Shown: positions 49,596-63,950 of the stretch, one piece after another
Layout of the letters: the number at the start of each line of letters is the position of its first letter
How positions within the stretch are numbered: the first letter of the stretch is position 1
From: Takakia lepidozioides
Taxonomy: Eukaryota > Plantae > Bryophyta
Reading direction: 5' to 3'
NCBI GenBank assembly: GCA_030704615.1
Contig: CM060732.1
Coordinates: forward strand, 38,068,001-38,132,000
Length of the DNA: 64,000 nt
Translations under genes and position numbers: made by a program
Notes under the pieces: generated by a model
The model's database searches: none
What the model saw: only the letters and a program-made list of their open reading frames with translations
Told to the model about the DNA's origin: nothing

Positions 49596-51439
49596 TAAAA
49601 GTAGTCTTTAAGCACATGTGGATGGGTAGCACAGTGGTAGTGTGCTTGGGTTTGCAGGAGCTGGTCCAGCGTTCGAATATCCTAGAATTCTGTCTCAGGA
49701 AGGACAAAATTTATTGTTTTTCGACAACCCTTTTTTTTATTTAATTAATGTCGGACAACGTAGGCAGGTAGGGTAGTCATTCCACATGTAGATTTGACTA
49801 TATAGATTCACATCTATTTCCCTCAACATGAAATCTATACCAGTACATAAGTTGGATCACATTCCATTTTTTTGTCCCCCACAACTTCACACAATTACCA
49901 TACTTATACATTGCATTGTGAAGTATCCATTCGAGCGTCCAATCCTCACAGGTTATTCTTAGAAATGGGTGAAATGTAGCTAGAATGTGCGGTGTTGCTA
50001 TGCAAGATGTGAGGAGGGAATCCCCAGTAAGTTCCATTTTATCCATGGACACAAAAATGAACACCAAGTTGTACACCAAAAAACAAGACCCCGCTCCATT
50101 TGTCATCTTATGCAGAAAAATCTTGTTATGGATCTAGTCATGTGCATGAGAGCTATCCTTAAAATACTAAAGAGAATAGCCCTTTGTTCATATATTTGTC
50201 ATGACATCAAAGTTTAGTGGTAAGACAACATCGAGATCAAGTTGTAAATCTTCCCCTCTATGATTTCTTGAGATTTGTGTAGCTACAAATCTTCTGTCAG
50301 TATAAATTCATAGCTATAGTTTCTCCATGTATCTATAATTTGTTGCAAACTTTCTTTCTTGCAAACTCAATAATTGTAATACTTTTTATCCGCATGTAAT
50401 GGCTAATTAATTAGAAAATATTCTCAAAATTTAAAAGATTTTATGCATGTAGAGAGGCACCATCCATCACACTATCCCAATAGTAGTTCAACCCTCATTA
50501 TGGAAGTATGAGGCCCCACACATATAAACTCCATTGCAGTTGTTTAGAGAATCCTGAAGTACTCAAGAAAACAGATTTGAATAACCTAGAAAACTGAAAT
50601 CCATTTCTTAAGTGTGCTAAGTGGCAATCATAGGCCCTTTGATCTCACAAACCAATCCGCCACTTCACCAATATTATATTTTAGGAAAGCAACTGTCAAT
50701 AAAAGTGTGAATGTTTCCTAATTGAAAACAACTCACCTCTATGTGTAACGTATGTCAATTTCATAGATCCTTCAACCCCACAATGACAAAAACAGCTGTT
50801 GTATGTGTATAAATTCATCACATACAAACATATGTGAGGTTTGATCAGAAAGCTCAAAGCTTCACTCCCATAGTCTCCTACCCTTGGTATCATTTCCTGC
50901 AACAAAAAATGGTGGAATTATGACGTCACCTGGGCATGATGAGTCACATCTCTTGTTTTTCTTAGAGACCTTGAACATCATAGCCACTGCTTATTTTTTC
51001 TGGTGAAAACCCGATAGATTTCAACCTGGAAAATTGGTCAGTTACTTGTACAAAGGAATTTGAATACTAGGACTGACTTTTACCACATGCCACCTGTTTA
51101 AAAAGCTATTCTTCTAGCCCTGCCACCTCATTATTCTCACCACATCGGCACTCGGTAGAATTTACATGTGGCCATTTTTTGAAAAAAAAACACACACTGA
51201 TCAGAGCTTCCCATGGCTTTTTTTCCTTTTTCTTTTTCTTTTTCCCCATGGCTACTAGCTCTTGGTGAAGCATTATAAATGGGTGTTGTTAGTACTAATG
51301 ATCATTCAGTGAGTGGGAGTGGCAAGATTAATATTTCATATAAACTTTGACTTGTTCAAAAGTTAAGTGTGGCATTCAATCTAGAAGCATTCATGGGGCA
51401 GGTAAATTGAGATATGCAGAAGCAGCTACACTGAATAAA

Positions 51440-52250
51440 GTCCGAGTTCATGAATGCCTTTATATAAGCTAAGTTATTTCTCTCTCCCAAGAGCTGTGCG
51501 TAGGGCCAGGCAATACTCCTACGCAAAAGGGGAAGTCTTCTATGAGGGCATCAAGTACTTAGAGGTAATTACACAAAGGCGGGCGTACACGCGTTGGACG
51601 ACTTTCTTCAACCGACACCTCAATAATCTATCTCCTACCCACTTCGGAGAAGTACACCCCAGGGGGACCAGGGTGGGACCAAGGGGACCCCAATTGTGAG
51701 TCCAATGTGGGAAGAACATCTTGCAAGAAGGGATAAAGGAGGAAACTCGAAACACTCAAGGGACGCAATCCAGTTGGTGAAAAGGGTGATTCGAATGGCC
51801 TTCGAATGCGGTGTGGTTGCAACACAAGTAGGGGACCGTGGGGTGACGTGGTGTTCGACAGATTCCGAGATGGCGCCCGAGCACATGAGGAAGGAAATGA
51901 TCATGGAGAATCGGTTGTAGATTTGATGGGAGAAAGTGCCACGAGCGGGCCCCCACACTCTTGTCTCCTTCCGTGCCGTCCTTTCCACGACTTAGCCCGC
52001 CCCCTTTGGCACGACTGCATGTTTCCGTGGGGAGAGGGGGTTCAATGTAAGGATTGGCCCGCGATTATTAGGGATGGCAGGCCATACCATCTGCGTGTCT
52101 TGTATCTCTGCCACTAAGCAAGTTCGGTACCAAGTTCGTCGGGAGATGACTTCCACTTCAAAAGTTCTATATTCTTTTTGGGGTGAAAAAGTTGACAATC
52201 TGTGATAGGCGATCAACTGGTGATCCACTGACCATGGCAATTTTGAGATC
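51440..52250 (+). mobile_element. Degenerate LINE ORF2 (post-RT) fragment
   Basis: PLYKLSYFSLPRAV and WEEHLARRDKGG resemble the plant L1 motifs P.Y.MS.F.LP and W..V..PK..GG. Confidence 0.45.
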
Positions 52251-55200
52251 GGATAATAAACTCGAAAATTAGTTCACCAAATGATAGGATTTACTAGTAT
52301 CGACAAAGTTAAGAATTGGCAGTGGGAAATTGAAGACATTTGCGTGAATTCATTCACGGGGAGGGGAGCTGACTGGTTAGTTCTTCTCTCTGGGTCGGAT
52401 GATGCTCTCGTAAAGGTCTCGTTATCATTTCTGTGTTATCTATTTTGTTAGCAACAAGAGCAGGAATAACTGGGAAAGGAGGAAGCGCAATGTGTAGGGT
52501 AAGTCCCCCAACCGAGGGCGTGCCGCGGTGTGAAGGGAGGCGTAGCAGCCTGCTATAAAGGAAACGAAATCATTGGAAACACAGTTTATATGTCACGAAC
52601 CGTGTAGTACCTAATCGCTTTCTGCAGGCAACTTCTTCTGTACATTCAGCTCGGTGACAAAAACCCAACAATTTAGCTCTCTCCCACGTAAACATTCGCT
52701 GAGAGCTCGAACCTCTGTGTGTGCGCGATTGTGATATTGACAGATCCGTTCAGGACATAGTGCTACATATTAAAGTAAGTGGGTAACTCCATTATCACCG
52801 CTCGTTCTTCAAGTGCTGCTCGTCGTTCACATGTGACGTACCAACCAACGAGAAATCCGAAGAGAGCCTAGTTCGGGTTCATGAATATTCGTAGCTTACG
52901 GTACATTACATCTCTCGTGAATTCTCTCGTGTCGTGCAAATAATATAATTGAAAAAACTTCTTGCATGACTTCCGATAAGTTGGCGACCTTCCCAACTGA
53001 CCAGTGAATTCATCTTGTCTTGAGCAATGGAAGAGGCGAGCGAAGTTCTTGGTTGGTCATACATGATGTGTCCATATTTATACATCTGCAGCTTGTGAGG
53101 TAAGTCTGCTACTTCCTCAGCTGGGCAGGACCTCAGGCAAGTTCACTAAATGCAGACATGCACCCGAGTCCAGATGAAGAATTAAGTTTTGCACTGATGG
53201 GGAGGGCCTTGCCATTTATTTAACGGCTCTGGACGGTTGGGCCACTTAAATAAGTCGGAACATTTCATAAATCTTAGGGCTCTCTCACAAATTTATGTAC
53301 CAGTTGACGCCCCACTAACATGCTAGACTACTGTAAAGTTGATCTCAAACGTCTTGAGTTTATACAAATTTGTGAGGGCGTTTTGAGAGGAGTAATTCGG
53401 AGAGAGAGAGAGACTAGAGTGAACATTTTAAGTGTAAGGAAGAAGTCGATGAATACTTGTAGACTTAAACGTACAACTGGTCAACTTCAATTTCTTTTGG
53501 CCTGATTGGCAATGTATCTATGAAACGACTGACATGTTCATATCATCCGACCGATGCATGGTCCATTACCTACATTTCTTTTGGCCTGATTGGATCTTGC
53601 ATGAAGAACATCCAACTGATGCATGCCTAAGGGAGATTGTGCGCGTCAAATCAGGTATGAATAGGAAGAGATGAAGAGATAGTCCAAACCGGTCCACAAA
53701 CATCATGTATGAATATGAAGAGATGAAGAGATAGTCCAAACCATACTGCAATAGTCCACCAACATCTAACGCTCCATTGTCCATATGTGTGTGAATGGAT
53801 CGACAATTACCATGTTATTACTTGATAGAAACTCTACAACTTGTTCTGATCTTACAAGATAAACCAAAATCAAAGGATAAACTAAAACCGCAACCAAATT
53901 CGTCGAGTATGGCAGTAGAAGGCAAATACTTTCCAGCAAAGGCACATACCATATGAGTGTGTGTAAGACAGAAGTCTGTGTACCGCAGGAGCATCTAACA
54001 CACCCCTATGATATTCAAAGAGTGATAATTTTAACTGGACAGGTGACAATTCGACATGACATGGAGGAATATAGGTTGGCATTTAACATCTTCCTGAGAG
54101 GGTGTTGAAACTGGACTCTGCAGTTGCTTTTACCTGCAGCGATGGCATGATCACGTGCGCTGTTGCCTCGATATAGGCTACAACTCCGTAAATACGCCAA
54201 AAGTGTCGAGAAACTTAGCAAGGATGATCGTTGGAAGGCCTACATGATTTTGCGGTTGTCCCCCATGACGAGGAAGGGGAAGTCGACCCAAGGTCGGTGT
54301 CCTTACAAAGGCGCTCCGATGACGAGGAAGAAGAAGTCGGTGTGTCTTTGCAGAATTGGTGTGAGCTCCATGTGAGGTGGATCGCCAGTCCGTCCCCACC
54401 CCCGCCCTAACTTTCTGAGATCCTCTAGTCTGACCTGGCTGTTTGTGTTCGTGTTCCTGTTCGTGTTTTCGTTCCTGTAATGCTTGCTGAGGTGGTGGAT
54501 AGAAAGGTCTACACATGTACATTACACAGAGATCAAACTGTGCCTTCAGACCACGCACCCAGACTAGTCTGCATATGAGGAACTTGAGCAGGAAAGAGAC
54601 TGTGAACTCTCGTAATCAGTCTTTTATTCACCTCCAGTCTTTTGGGCGCCTTTTCTCCCCACATGATATTCATTATGAATATCTTGAAACAGACCCTTCA
54701 ACGGCAGACTTTATGATATTAACTGCGGATATTTATCACGAAACCGACAACTTCCTCCCAACTTTGACAGAAGCTCCCACAAATGTTATCCCCAACTTCC
54801 AAGAAGTCGAGACTAGGTACCACTAAAAAAACCCAGAGAAGAGATCATCGCGTGCAGTTGAGACAAAATTGATCCACCTGGAGATCCAAACCCACCTCCC
54901 AGAATATTTCTCTTGCTTCCCATTCGTGAAGGACACTCCTAAGGATCAGACATGAAGGCTTCCGATGAAGTGCTCAGAAGCAGACATGCATGTCGGTCAG
55001 GTCAGACTGGAGTCTGTGCATCCCTCTTTGACTACGCCACAAATCATGCTGACCCTCAACCCAGATCCCATGCAGATCAATACTATAATACACTATTGCT
55101 GAGATAAGTTAGTTAGCATTTACTTTTCCTGTGCTCTTTCCCGGAAGGGTGGCCAGATGGTTATGTCGTTTTGGGCCACGTGTGCCACCTATGTCCACAT

Positions 55201-55408
55201 GTCATTCTCCGACAAGCTGCTAACTGTAGGTCATGGCCACGTTCAATGTCATTGACTGCTTGACTTTTGGGTAAACCTCCCCAACAGTTTCGATAGTAAA
55301 AGGAGGAGGAAAAAACATGTTAGTTAGCGGAATGGATGTTGGGATGATGTCACTGTTACAGACTACTGGATTCCCGGACAAAAAAGGGACCGTCCCTGGG
55401 GATGTGTT

Positions 55409-55600
55409 GCCAATTGGTCGAGGGCACATGCTAATTTGCGATTTGGTTTCCGTACATTCCAATTGTTCGAGGGCACATGCTAATTCCCAATTTGGGTCTC
55501 GTACATTCCAATTGGTCGATGGCACACCGATCTGGGTTCCGTGCATTCCAATTGGTTGACGGCACATGCTAAGGGGTTACGTGTGCATCCCAATTGGTCA
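55409..55600. repeat. Short tandem repeat (~40-50 bp) built on the CCAATTGG palindrome
   Basis: CCAATTG(G)...GGCACA recurs about five times. Confidence 0.7.
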
Positions 55601-56704
55601 CAACGCCACATTTACCATTTGGGTACCACAACGACATTTAAAATGATAAAATTAGTGTTAGACAAAATAAGAGAGAGAGAGAGAGAGACATGACGCCAAC
55701 CCAAGTTACCGTAACTAAGTGCACAAAATAAAAGACAAATGTTGCCGTGTGCGATAAGCAACAAAAACACCAAAAGGACAAAGGCACTAAGTACTTATAA
55801 CTAACTTACTAACTAACGTAAGACAGCAAGCCAAGTCAACTGCTTATGGTAGTCCAAAAGTCCACTGTTGTGAACAAAAAGGTACAAATTTAGCGCCGCC
55901 GAGACAAAAGAGAGAGGGATCCGAAGGGGGCTCATTTTCATTTTCCCCTCCTTCAATAATATTAAAGAAATCCTGGAAAAAGGGACGCTGGTTTTTTCAT
56001 ACACCAGACATTTGTTGCAGCGGGGCAGTGGATGAAAAGTCTCCGAGACAGTGTCTGTCCACAATTCTGCTGCTGCCACCTGCCCTTCTGTCCACAAAGT
56101 GATCACACTCTCCGGCGCGGCGAATGGCTACGAGGGCAGCAAACATAAATAGCCCCGTTTGGATGAGTTCATGTTGGGTCCGACGGGAGCCACCACTACG
56201 TATGTACTGTGGAACGGGCATGGAAGGGTCCGTTCCACGTAGGGATGCGGTCAAGCCCGATAGGGCGAGCCTGCATTCCGCCAGGCGGAACGGGTGCCTA
56301 CCATGTGTTCCCCACTGTCGATTCTTAGGAGAATGTATGGCTTACATTATCCCTATGAAACCCTACAATCGAGAGCAGGCACCTGTTGATGCTGATTGAT
56401 CTTAAGGTCGAGAGGAGTTCTCTTTGTCTGTACGGTCTATGTACACATATTATGCTCTCTAGAGTATTCTTGGAATGCTTAGTGTGGGGTCCACACACCC
56501 CCCTTGTTTGTGCCCTGTCGTTAACGTACAGGAATGGGCCTCTTAAACACCCGGAATCAGACACCAGTTACGAATTGACTACAGTAAACGTGTGATGCGC
56601 CCGCGCAATTGCATAACGTTATCCCATAAGGGGGGTGCACATACCAGCTTCACTCATTTCTCATCCGTGATGCACCAATACTAGAGGCACCAGGCTACCT
56701 CTGA

Positions 56705-57300
56705 AAACCAATGTGAGTGGATCGATGACCAGCCGCCACCGAATCCATAAAAGATGAACTATCAACCTACAAAATATCAAATTCAGATAACCTGTGCGAG
56801 TCTATGGATGACCCCCCCAAGTTCATAATCATTCCGGGCAAAGATGAACTACCAACCTACAAATCGAATTCAGACATAACCAATGTGAGTGTATGGATGA
56901 CGACGAGCCATCAACAAGTTCATAATTCACAGCAAGGATGAACTACCAACCTACAAATATCGAATTCTGACATAACCAATATGTATGGACGACGAGCCAT
57001 CACCAAGTTCATAATTCACAGCAAGGATGAACTACCAACCTACAAATATTCAGACATAACCAATGTGTATGGACAACGAGCCGTCACCAAGTGCACAATC
57101 ATTCCGGCAAGGATGAACTACCAATCGACAATTACCGAAACCAGACATAACCAATGTGAGTCTATGGCTAACGAGCCGCATAATCATTCCAGGCAAGGAT
57201 GAACTACCAACCTACAAATATCGGAAAGAGACATAAGCAATGTGAGTGTATAGGTAACGAGCCGCATAATCATTCCTGGCAAGGATGAACTTGTACGCTA
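56705..57300. repeat. Tandem repeat, ~86-95-bp unit, about 7 copies, upstream of NCED
   Basis: GATGAACT core at about 56753, 56842, 56937, 57027, 57112, 57198 and 57284, mostly followed by CAGACATAACCAATGTG. Confidence 0.9.
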
Positions 57301-57614
57301 CATGTATCGAAATCAGAGAGATGTACGGCCGCACCACGAACAGTGCCTTTTCGGATGGGTAGAAAAGCGAAAGCGAACGACAGTGCATAGATTGAGTTTG
57401 GCTTTACGGCGGCGTAGGAGTGGGTGAAAATACAGGGGTGGCGAAACCTGGCGATAGTAATGGCGCGATGTTGGCGAGTGCGGATAGCGGGTGGGCCCGG
57501 AGGAGGCAGGGGCGGGCAGGGGGTAAAAATGGAAAAGGCGTGCGGCACGCGACGACGGCCGTTGGCAGTTGCTCGTCGCCCGCCTGCCCCTCGCCGGAGG
57601 CAACTTCTCTGCGG

Positions 57615-57735
57615 CGTGTGGGCCCTTCCCACGTGTCAAAAAAGTGTTTGCTGGCCGGGCGTGGCGCGGGCAGGCCTCGCCACGTTGGTGGTGCGGAGCG
57701 TGCTTACTGGGCGCGAGCGCTCGCCTATTTGAAGC
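57615..57735 (+). promoter_or_regulatory. Putative NCED proximal promoter with ABRE/G-box cluster
   Basis: CACGTGTC at 57630-57637, GCGTGGC at 57659-57665, GCCACGT at 57679-57685, TATA-like TATTTGAA at 57726, then a CT-rich leader. Confidence 0.55.
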
Positions 57736-58307
57736 CGGGCCTCCGCCCTCCTCCTCCATCGCCCTCTCTCTCCCTGCCTGCCTGCCTCGCACATTGCCTG
57801 TCTGCTTCCAAGGGTCAATTCAAACCTCGGACTTCGTCTCGAGTGTTTTGCAAGAGAAAAAATAGGGTTGTCGGTGAGGTTGGTCGGGGTGTACGGATTC
57901 GGAAGGTTTTGGTTCTTGGTTGAGGAAGTTGTAGATGTACGGGAGAGGGGCAAGAAAATTTGCGGAGAAGAATGTAGAAGGCAAGGATCGTGAGGAATTC
58001 TGCGGGTGAAGTTGTAGATGAAACAAAGAAAGTCTAGGTGTTAACTTGTTAATTTCTATACAAAACCTGAGGCCTTAACTCAAATTTATCAGCAAGCCTT
58101 GAAGAATAGAGATCGTAGAGGGTACCTAAGGCGCGGGAGGAATTCTGCATAGGTTTGAGATTGAAGGTGTTTACGTATGAGGAGGAGGAGGAGGGTAAAG
58201 CAGGAGCTTTCTGCAAGTGGGTTGATCGTGCAAATACGTTGAGGGTGCTGGGTGTTGGTCTGCGGAGTAGTCGTACAAGTGCAGAAGAATTTTGGCAGTG
58301 ATTTGAT

Positions 58308-60326
58308 ATGTGGGCTGTACAGAGCAGTAGAGCCGTAGCTATGGTTTCTGTTCCACGTGCTGACGGTCCCGCTGGTGGATTGCCAATGCAACAGCAAGGG
58401 CTCCATCTTGCATTCAATCCTTTCTTGACTGCTCGTACAGGCCGCGTCTCCGCAAGATCGAGTCCTCAATCTTCTCGGGAAAGTGTGTCCACCCGAAGTG
58501 GAGGCGATCCTTTCACACAGCCCTCGTTGCAACTGGCTGCCAGCCTGCATAGCACGCCCAGCTCCATCGACTCTTCTTTGCTTTCTGGCAATTCTCGAGT
58601 CGAGTACCTCTCTGCAGCCTGTCAAAATGGCCTGCAGGAGAGTGGTTGTCAGCAAATTGGTACCATTGTCACTCCAATCATTCATGAGGACGAGGTCTTT
58701 GGTGCCATAGTTACACCAGCCCAAGTTAACAATTTGGTTGCCGGAGTTAATGATGAATCTGCTCCAGGGCCAGCAACTACTGATGGACTCAATTTTGTTC
58801 AAAGAATTGCAGCGTCCGCTTTGGACATGGTAGAAAAGACAGTGGTAAAGCATCTGGAAAACAAGTTCCCCCTGCCGTCAACGGCGGACCCACGAGTGCA
58901 GCTGGAGGGAAACTATTCCCCCGTGCAGGAAAGGCCAGTGCAACACGAGCTGGAGGTGATTGGGAAGCTGCCGCAGTGCCTGGAAGGTGTGTACGTGCGC
59001 AACGGTGCGAATCCCCAGTTTATGCCAGCAGGAGGCCATCATCTGTTTGATGGGGATGGTATGCTGCATGCCGTGCGCTTCAAGCAAGGCATTGCCAGCT
59101 ACGCCTGCCGCTACACTCGCACGCACCGTCTAATTGAGGAGGAGAGAGCTGGGCGTGCAATTTTTCCGAAAGCCATCGGGGAGCTGCATGGCCATGGCGG
59201 AGTGGCCCGACTGTTGCTGTATTTGGGGCGGTCCTTGTGTGGACTTGTGGACGGTACGCAAGGAATGGGTGTTGCCAATGCAGGCCTGGTGTTTTTCAAT
59301 GGTCGCCTGCTTGCCATGTCAGAAGACGACCTCCCTTACGAAGTGCGCATCACGGATGCCGGAGACCTTGAGACAGTCGGCCGCTTCAGCTTTGATGGCC
59401 AGATTTCTTCTTCAATGATCGCGCACCCGAAGATAGATCCCAAGACGGGAGAGCTCTTCGCACTCAGTTACAACATTGTCATCGCCCCTTTCCTCAAGTA
59501 CTTCACGATCTCTCCCGACGGCACCAAAGGGCCGGAGGTATCCATCTCATTGAAGGAACCCACTATGATGCACGACTTTGCCATCACCGAGAACTACGTG
59601 GTGATACCTGACCAGCAGGTTGTGTTCCGAATGAAGGAAATGCTCACCGGTGGGTCCCCAGTCGTCTACGACAAGATGAAGATGGCCCGTTTTGGGGTTA
59701 TGCCGAGGTACGATGCAACCGAAACGCGGATGCAATGGATCGATGCTCCAGATTGCTTCTGTTTTCATCTCTGGAATTCCTGGGAGGAAGGGGAGGAAGT
59801 GGTCGTGCTTGGGTCTTGCATGACGCCCCCCGACAGCATCTTTAACGAGTCAGAGGAAGCTCTGAGGAGCACTCTCTCCGAAATCCGTCTGAACTTGAGA
59901 ACTGGTGAATCAAGGAGGCGGGAGTTGGTGAGCTTGAATTTGGAGGCTGGTCAACTCAACCGCAACTATTTGGGACGCAAAAGCCGGTATGTCTATCTAG
60001 CCATCGCCGAACCCTGGCCCAAGGTCTCCGGCATAGCCAAGGTGGATGTCCAAAACGGTGAGGTCCGGAAGCACATCTACGGACCGAACTGCTACGGTGG
60101 GGAGCCCTTCTTTGTCCCGCGCTCATCGGACCCCACTGCAGCGGAGGACGATGGTTTTCTCCTGGCATTCATGCACAATGAGCAATCAGGGCAGTCTGAA
60201 CTTGTTGTGCTCGATGCATCTTCTCCTAATCTTGAGAAAGTGGCGTCCGTCAAGCTGCTTTCCAGAGTGCCTTACGGGTTCCATGGTACCTATGTCAGCG
60301 CAGGCGAATTGGCCAAGCAGCGATAG
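58308..60326 (+). CDS. NCED: 9-cis-epoxycarotenoid dioxygenase (ABA biosynthesis), intronless, with a plastid-transit-like N-terminus
   Basis: [30 protein letters not shown] and EPWPKVSG. Four Fe-binding His motifs: IAHPK, MMHDF, FHLWN, GFHG. Confidence 0.95.
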   Translation: MWAVQSSRAVAMVSVPRADGPAGGLPMQQQGLHLAFNPFLTARTGRVSARSSPQSSRESVSTRSGGDPFTQPSLQLAASLHSTPSSIDSSLLSGNSRVEYLSAACQNGLQESGCQQIGTIVTPIIHEDEVFGAIVTPAQVNNLVAGVNDESAPGPATTDGLNFVQRIAASALDMVEKTVVKHLENKFPLPSTADPRVQLEGNYSPVQERPVQHELEVIGKLPQCLEGVYVRNGANPQFMPAGGHHLFDGDGMLHAVRFKQGIASYACRYTRTHRLIEEERAGRAIFPKAIGELHGHGGVARLLLYLGRSLCGLVDGTQGMGVANAGLVFFNGRLLAMSEDDLPYEVRITDAGDLETVGRFSFDGQISSSMIAHPKIDPKTGELFALSYNIVIAPFLKYFTISPDGTKGPEVSISLKEPTMMHDFAITENYVVIPDQQVVFRMKEMLTGGSPVVYDKMKMARFGVMPRYDATETRMQWIDAPDCFCFHLWNSWEEGEEVVVLGSCMTPPDSIFNESEEALRSTLSEIRLNLRTGESRRRELVSLNLEAGQLNRNYLGRKSRYVYLAIAEPWPKVSGIAKVDVQNGEVRKHIYGPNCYGGEPFFVPRSSDPTAAEDDGFLLAFMHNEQSGQSELVVLDASSPNLEKVASVKLLSRVPYGFHGTYVSAGELAKQR

Positions 60327-61619
60327 TCCACAGTGTTCAATGCTCTTCTCTCCTGTACAGACAGTGTGCACCCGTCAGCATGTACCATATCTGCAGCAGT
60401 CTAGCTCTCGTCTATTGGCTAGGCAAGCTTGAGTGTAAATGTCAGGCTGTTCGGAGGTGTATCTAGAGCTAGGAACAAGTTAGTAAACCAAGTTCGAGAA
60501 GACTGAGAGCTTGGATTACATCTTTTTGTACAATAGTGCATCACTCTCACACATAGAAGTATACCAAAGATGCCCTATGAGGCACCTAGTGTACAATATG
60601 GACCAGGCTTGAATGATCATGCCCATTGCAATTTTCCATTGCTTACTGAGAGATAAGGTCGTGCAGACCAGAAGCTTCAACACAATCGAAGTGTCTGTTG
60701 TACCTTTCCCAATTGTAAAACTTCAGTGGAATCAATTTCACCTCTTCAGACCTGCTTCGGAGGGGATTGATATGATACCTCTTTGTCATCGTTATGTATC
60801 TTTTGAGGTTGTTCCTTCTTTTGGCTGTCTGCTGTGGTTGAACCCGGAGGAAGCTGCAAGTTTCTTTCAGGTTTTCAAGGGTTTACTCTCAACACTCAAA
60901 GAACGTTATGTCACAAGTCTTCGCTACCTGTCAGTGCAAGTATTAATGCTGGAGATAATATATGGTGTAACGACATATTCTTGAAGTATTTGGGAAAAGA
61001 AGCAGAATTCAATTCAGAGAACGGTTATTTTAATGTGAGATGCACCAGTCCCACCATGAATGACGCCAACTGCATCAATCTCTCCTTCACTTCATCTGCT
61101 CTCTTCTCTCTCGGGAAGTACAGAGCCCTTCATGTAAAACCTTAAAAAGGTGCAGTCAGATGTATACACCACACTTTTGACACTGAAGGCCAATGGAAGA
61201 GTAAGGACTGATTATAAAATTCTGATGCAAGTCCAACAGGTAGACATCATGCATGAAGGGAAGTAGGGGAAGCACAAGAATTTCAGTTGGATTGACTCTG
61301 CCAGAAGATGTGTTCCATCATCTGTCTACTGTCTCTACCCTTTTGATCTCTACAGTATACATCTCCTTTCCATCTCTAGTACAGCCAATCCTTCTCCTTC
61401 ATGAGGGGAGGCTTGTAGTCCCTTGCCTTCTGCTGGTTCTTCTAGACAAATTTGGACTGTACCTAGTCTTCCCATGGAGGCAGATTATTCACTTTGCATT
61501 GCAGCCTTTGACAGGCTATCGGATTTGGAAGTTTGATAATTGGCAGTTTGGACTATAGCGTAGAATCTCCTCCTCTTGTTCTACATAACTGAAACTTGGA
61601 GGGCTGCTACTGTTTTTCA

Positions 61620-62250
61620 TAAAAGACAATTCACTCTTCTAGCAGCCATATAGTACTGACTACATGACTGATTAAGCTCTCACTTTACATGGAAGCTGGA
61701 TGGCTCTCCACCAACTCTGAATCCATGTTCCATAACAAGCAAGCTACAAATGAAGTCTCCAATTTCTGAGCATCCGCACACACATCCCCTTCCGTAAGGA
61801 AGTTGGAGAAGAACAATATAGGTCTACAAGACACCATGTTTGTGACCAGATGAAAGCAAGAAAAACATGTGTAACACGTCATGATAAAAAGCACTGAAAA
61901 CCCATGTGATGAATTCTCAAGGAGGGACCAATAGGCCAGGCCAAGACACAACAAGTCTCCCATGCTCTTCATAGCATGCAAAACAAATTAACTCACAACA
62001 GCAAGGATGGATACCATCAAAGGCAACTGGCATCTGGGTTTGGTCGACAGCAGTAGGGTATCCCTTCTTGAAAAGTTCGTAGTATTTTTTGAGAGAGGCA
62101 TCTAATGAATGGTGGCCTTCTTCATGCCGACCAATGGGGACTTGGGCAGCCAGAGCCAAGAGCATTTGGAGATATTATACACATCCATAAGCACTTGACC
62201 AAAAGGAAACAGATGTGGTTGCCAATTACCTCAGTCCACCCATATGTTTG
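61620..62250 (-). pseudogene. Possible highly decayed PPR (E-domain-like) remnant
   Basis: Scattered PPR-like words (LMDVY..SKC, VSILA, HEEG) across several frames. Confidence 0.25.
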
Positions 62251-63292
62251 AATCTGCACTTTAAATGTCTTTTTGGCAGTTCCGCTACCTCCCCCTTATC
62301 CTGCGGTTGAAACGGCTGGCCAAAGTCATTCAATAAACAGATGTGGGGAAGAGAGATACTTAGCTGTCTCTCTCCCCCTCCAGCAGAGAATCCACCAGTC
62401 ATAATAGTCAAATTTAAGATTGATTTCCTCAGATTGTACTTAACAAAAATGATCTCTTTGCAAAGTGGAGCCGGTGGTTCTATCACTAGGGAAGTACTGA
62501 TATTAAACCTTAGAAGTTACCATAGATTTCAGTACGTCGGAGCGCAGCACTGCTCAAGGACAGTTGGACTAGAGACACCAGAATTGGAAACTTACTTCCA
62601 GAACCACCACAAGCAGCTACCGTAAATCATTACCTAGGTTTCATGTGGACCCAATTTGTAACTCGTAGTGCTCTTGACATAGCTATAACGGTAAGGAACA
62701 TCTTCCCTCACCACCATATAAATAGCGCCCCCACACTCAACAACTCGGGCCTCAATTGAGAACCCTCGATAAGTGCCAATTGTGTGGCGAAGGCAGGGCG
62801 ATGGACGACATCATGAGTCCTCAGGTTGTAAGTCCTCACACCCACCATTTCCACTTTCCCTTTGGCGTCTTCCTCCACCACCATATAGGGAAGCCCGTCT
62901 GCCTACGCACCTGGGAGAGAGAGAGTGGCAGCTATATGCCATTAACAACTGTGCTTGTCATTTCCTTTGGCAATAGACCCTGCACCCAGTGTAGACAGAG
63001 CATATAGGAGATGGTATGCCACTAGCTCACCAAGGCTCCACAGCGATGTTTCCTCTACAAACCTTGAACTCGGCATATACTTCAAAAACTCAAAACAAAG
63101 AGGGAATTATCTCCTGCAAAGTCAACGAGACAAACAATATCCACTTCCTGAGTCTTCCTAGAGCTCTTGAGCACACAAGCTCAAAGGATGGCTGGTAGAA
63201 CCCCTTACAGAATGGATGCTTCAAGGTGCAACACAACTAGTGTGGCGATGTAGTATAGATGGCTTCCCAATGGATTCAGACTCACCTATAGT

Positions 63293-63950
63293 CCAAGAGA
63301 CAAGAGCCTCTCATAGGCCGGTTGAATCTCGAAGTTCTCATTTAATACCAAGAGTCGTCATATCCTCAGCCATAATACATCAGAACTCAGATCTGCATGG
63401 ATAACACTCCATAGGTTCCCATGGGTCAAAGTCATAATGTATTCACTCTCAGAAATTATTTCTTGTCTAGATCGCTGACCCATCATCATCCATCATCCAA
63501 GTACAAGAGACAAGAGCCTCTCATAGGCTGGTTGAATCTCGAAGTTCTTGTTTAATACCTACATGATAACCAAGAGTCGTCCGATCCTCAGCGATAATAC
63601 ATCAGAATTGAGATCTGCATGGATAGCACGTTCTCGCCATCAATACTCTCAGAAATTATTTCTTTTCTAGATCGCTGACCCATCATCATCCATCATCCAA
63701 GTACAAGAGACAAGAGCCTCTCAGAGGCAGCCTCTCATAGGCTGGTTGAATCTCGAAGTTCTCGTTTAATACCTACCTGATAACCTACCTGATAACCAAG
63801 AGTCGTCCTATCCTCAACGATAATACATCGGAACTAAGATCTGCATGGATAACACTCAATAGGTTCCCCACCGTCAATGTCATAATGTATGCACTCTCAA
63901 AAATTATTTCTTTTCTAGATTGCTGACCCATCATCATCCATCATCCAAGT
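63293..63950. repeat. Tandem repeat, ~200-240-bp unit, 3 copies
   Basis: CAAGAGACAAGAGCCTCTCA at about 63293, 63504 and 63704; each unit ends CATCATCATCCATCATCCAAGTA. Confidence 0.88.

Noticed and set aside
52500-53120. TATA box plus GTAAGT donors suggesting a lncRNA or miRNA gene
   Set aside because: No ORF or convincing hairpin was found, and the motifs alone are too weak.
56705-57300. Repeat-spacer array
   Set aside because: Whole units are homologous, so this is a diverged tandem repeat.
58089-58853. 254-aa antisense ORF over NCED
   Set aside because: It has no recognisable motifs and is likely a shadow of the GC-rich coding strand.
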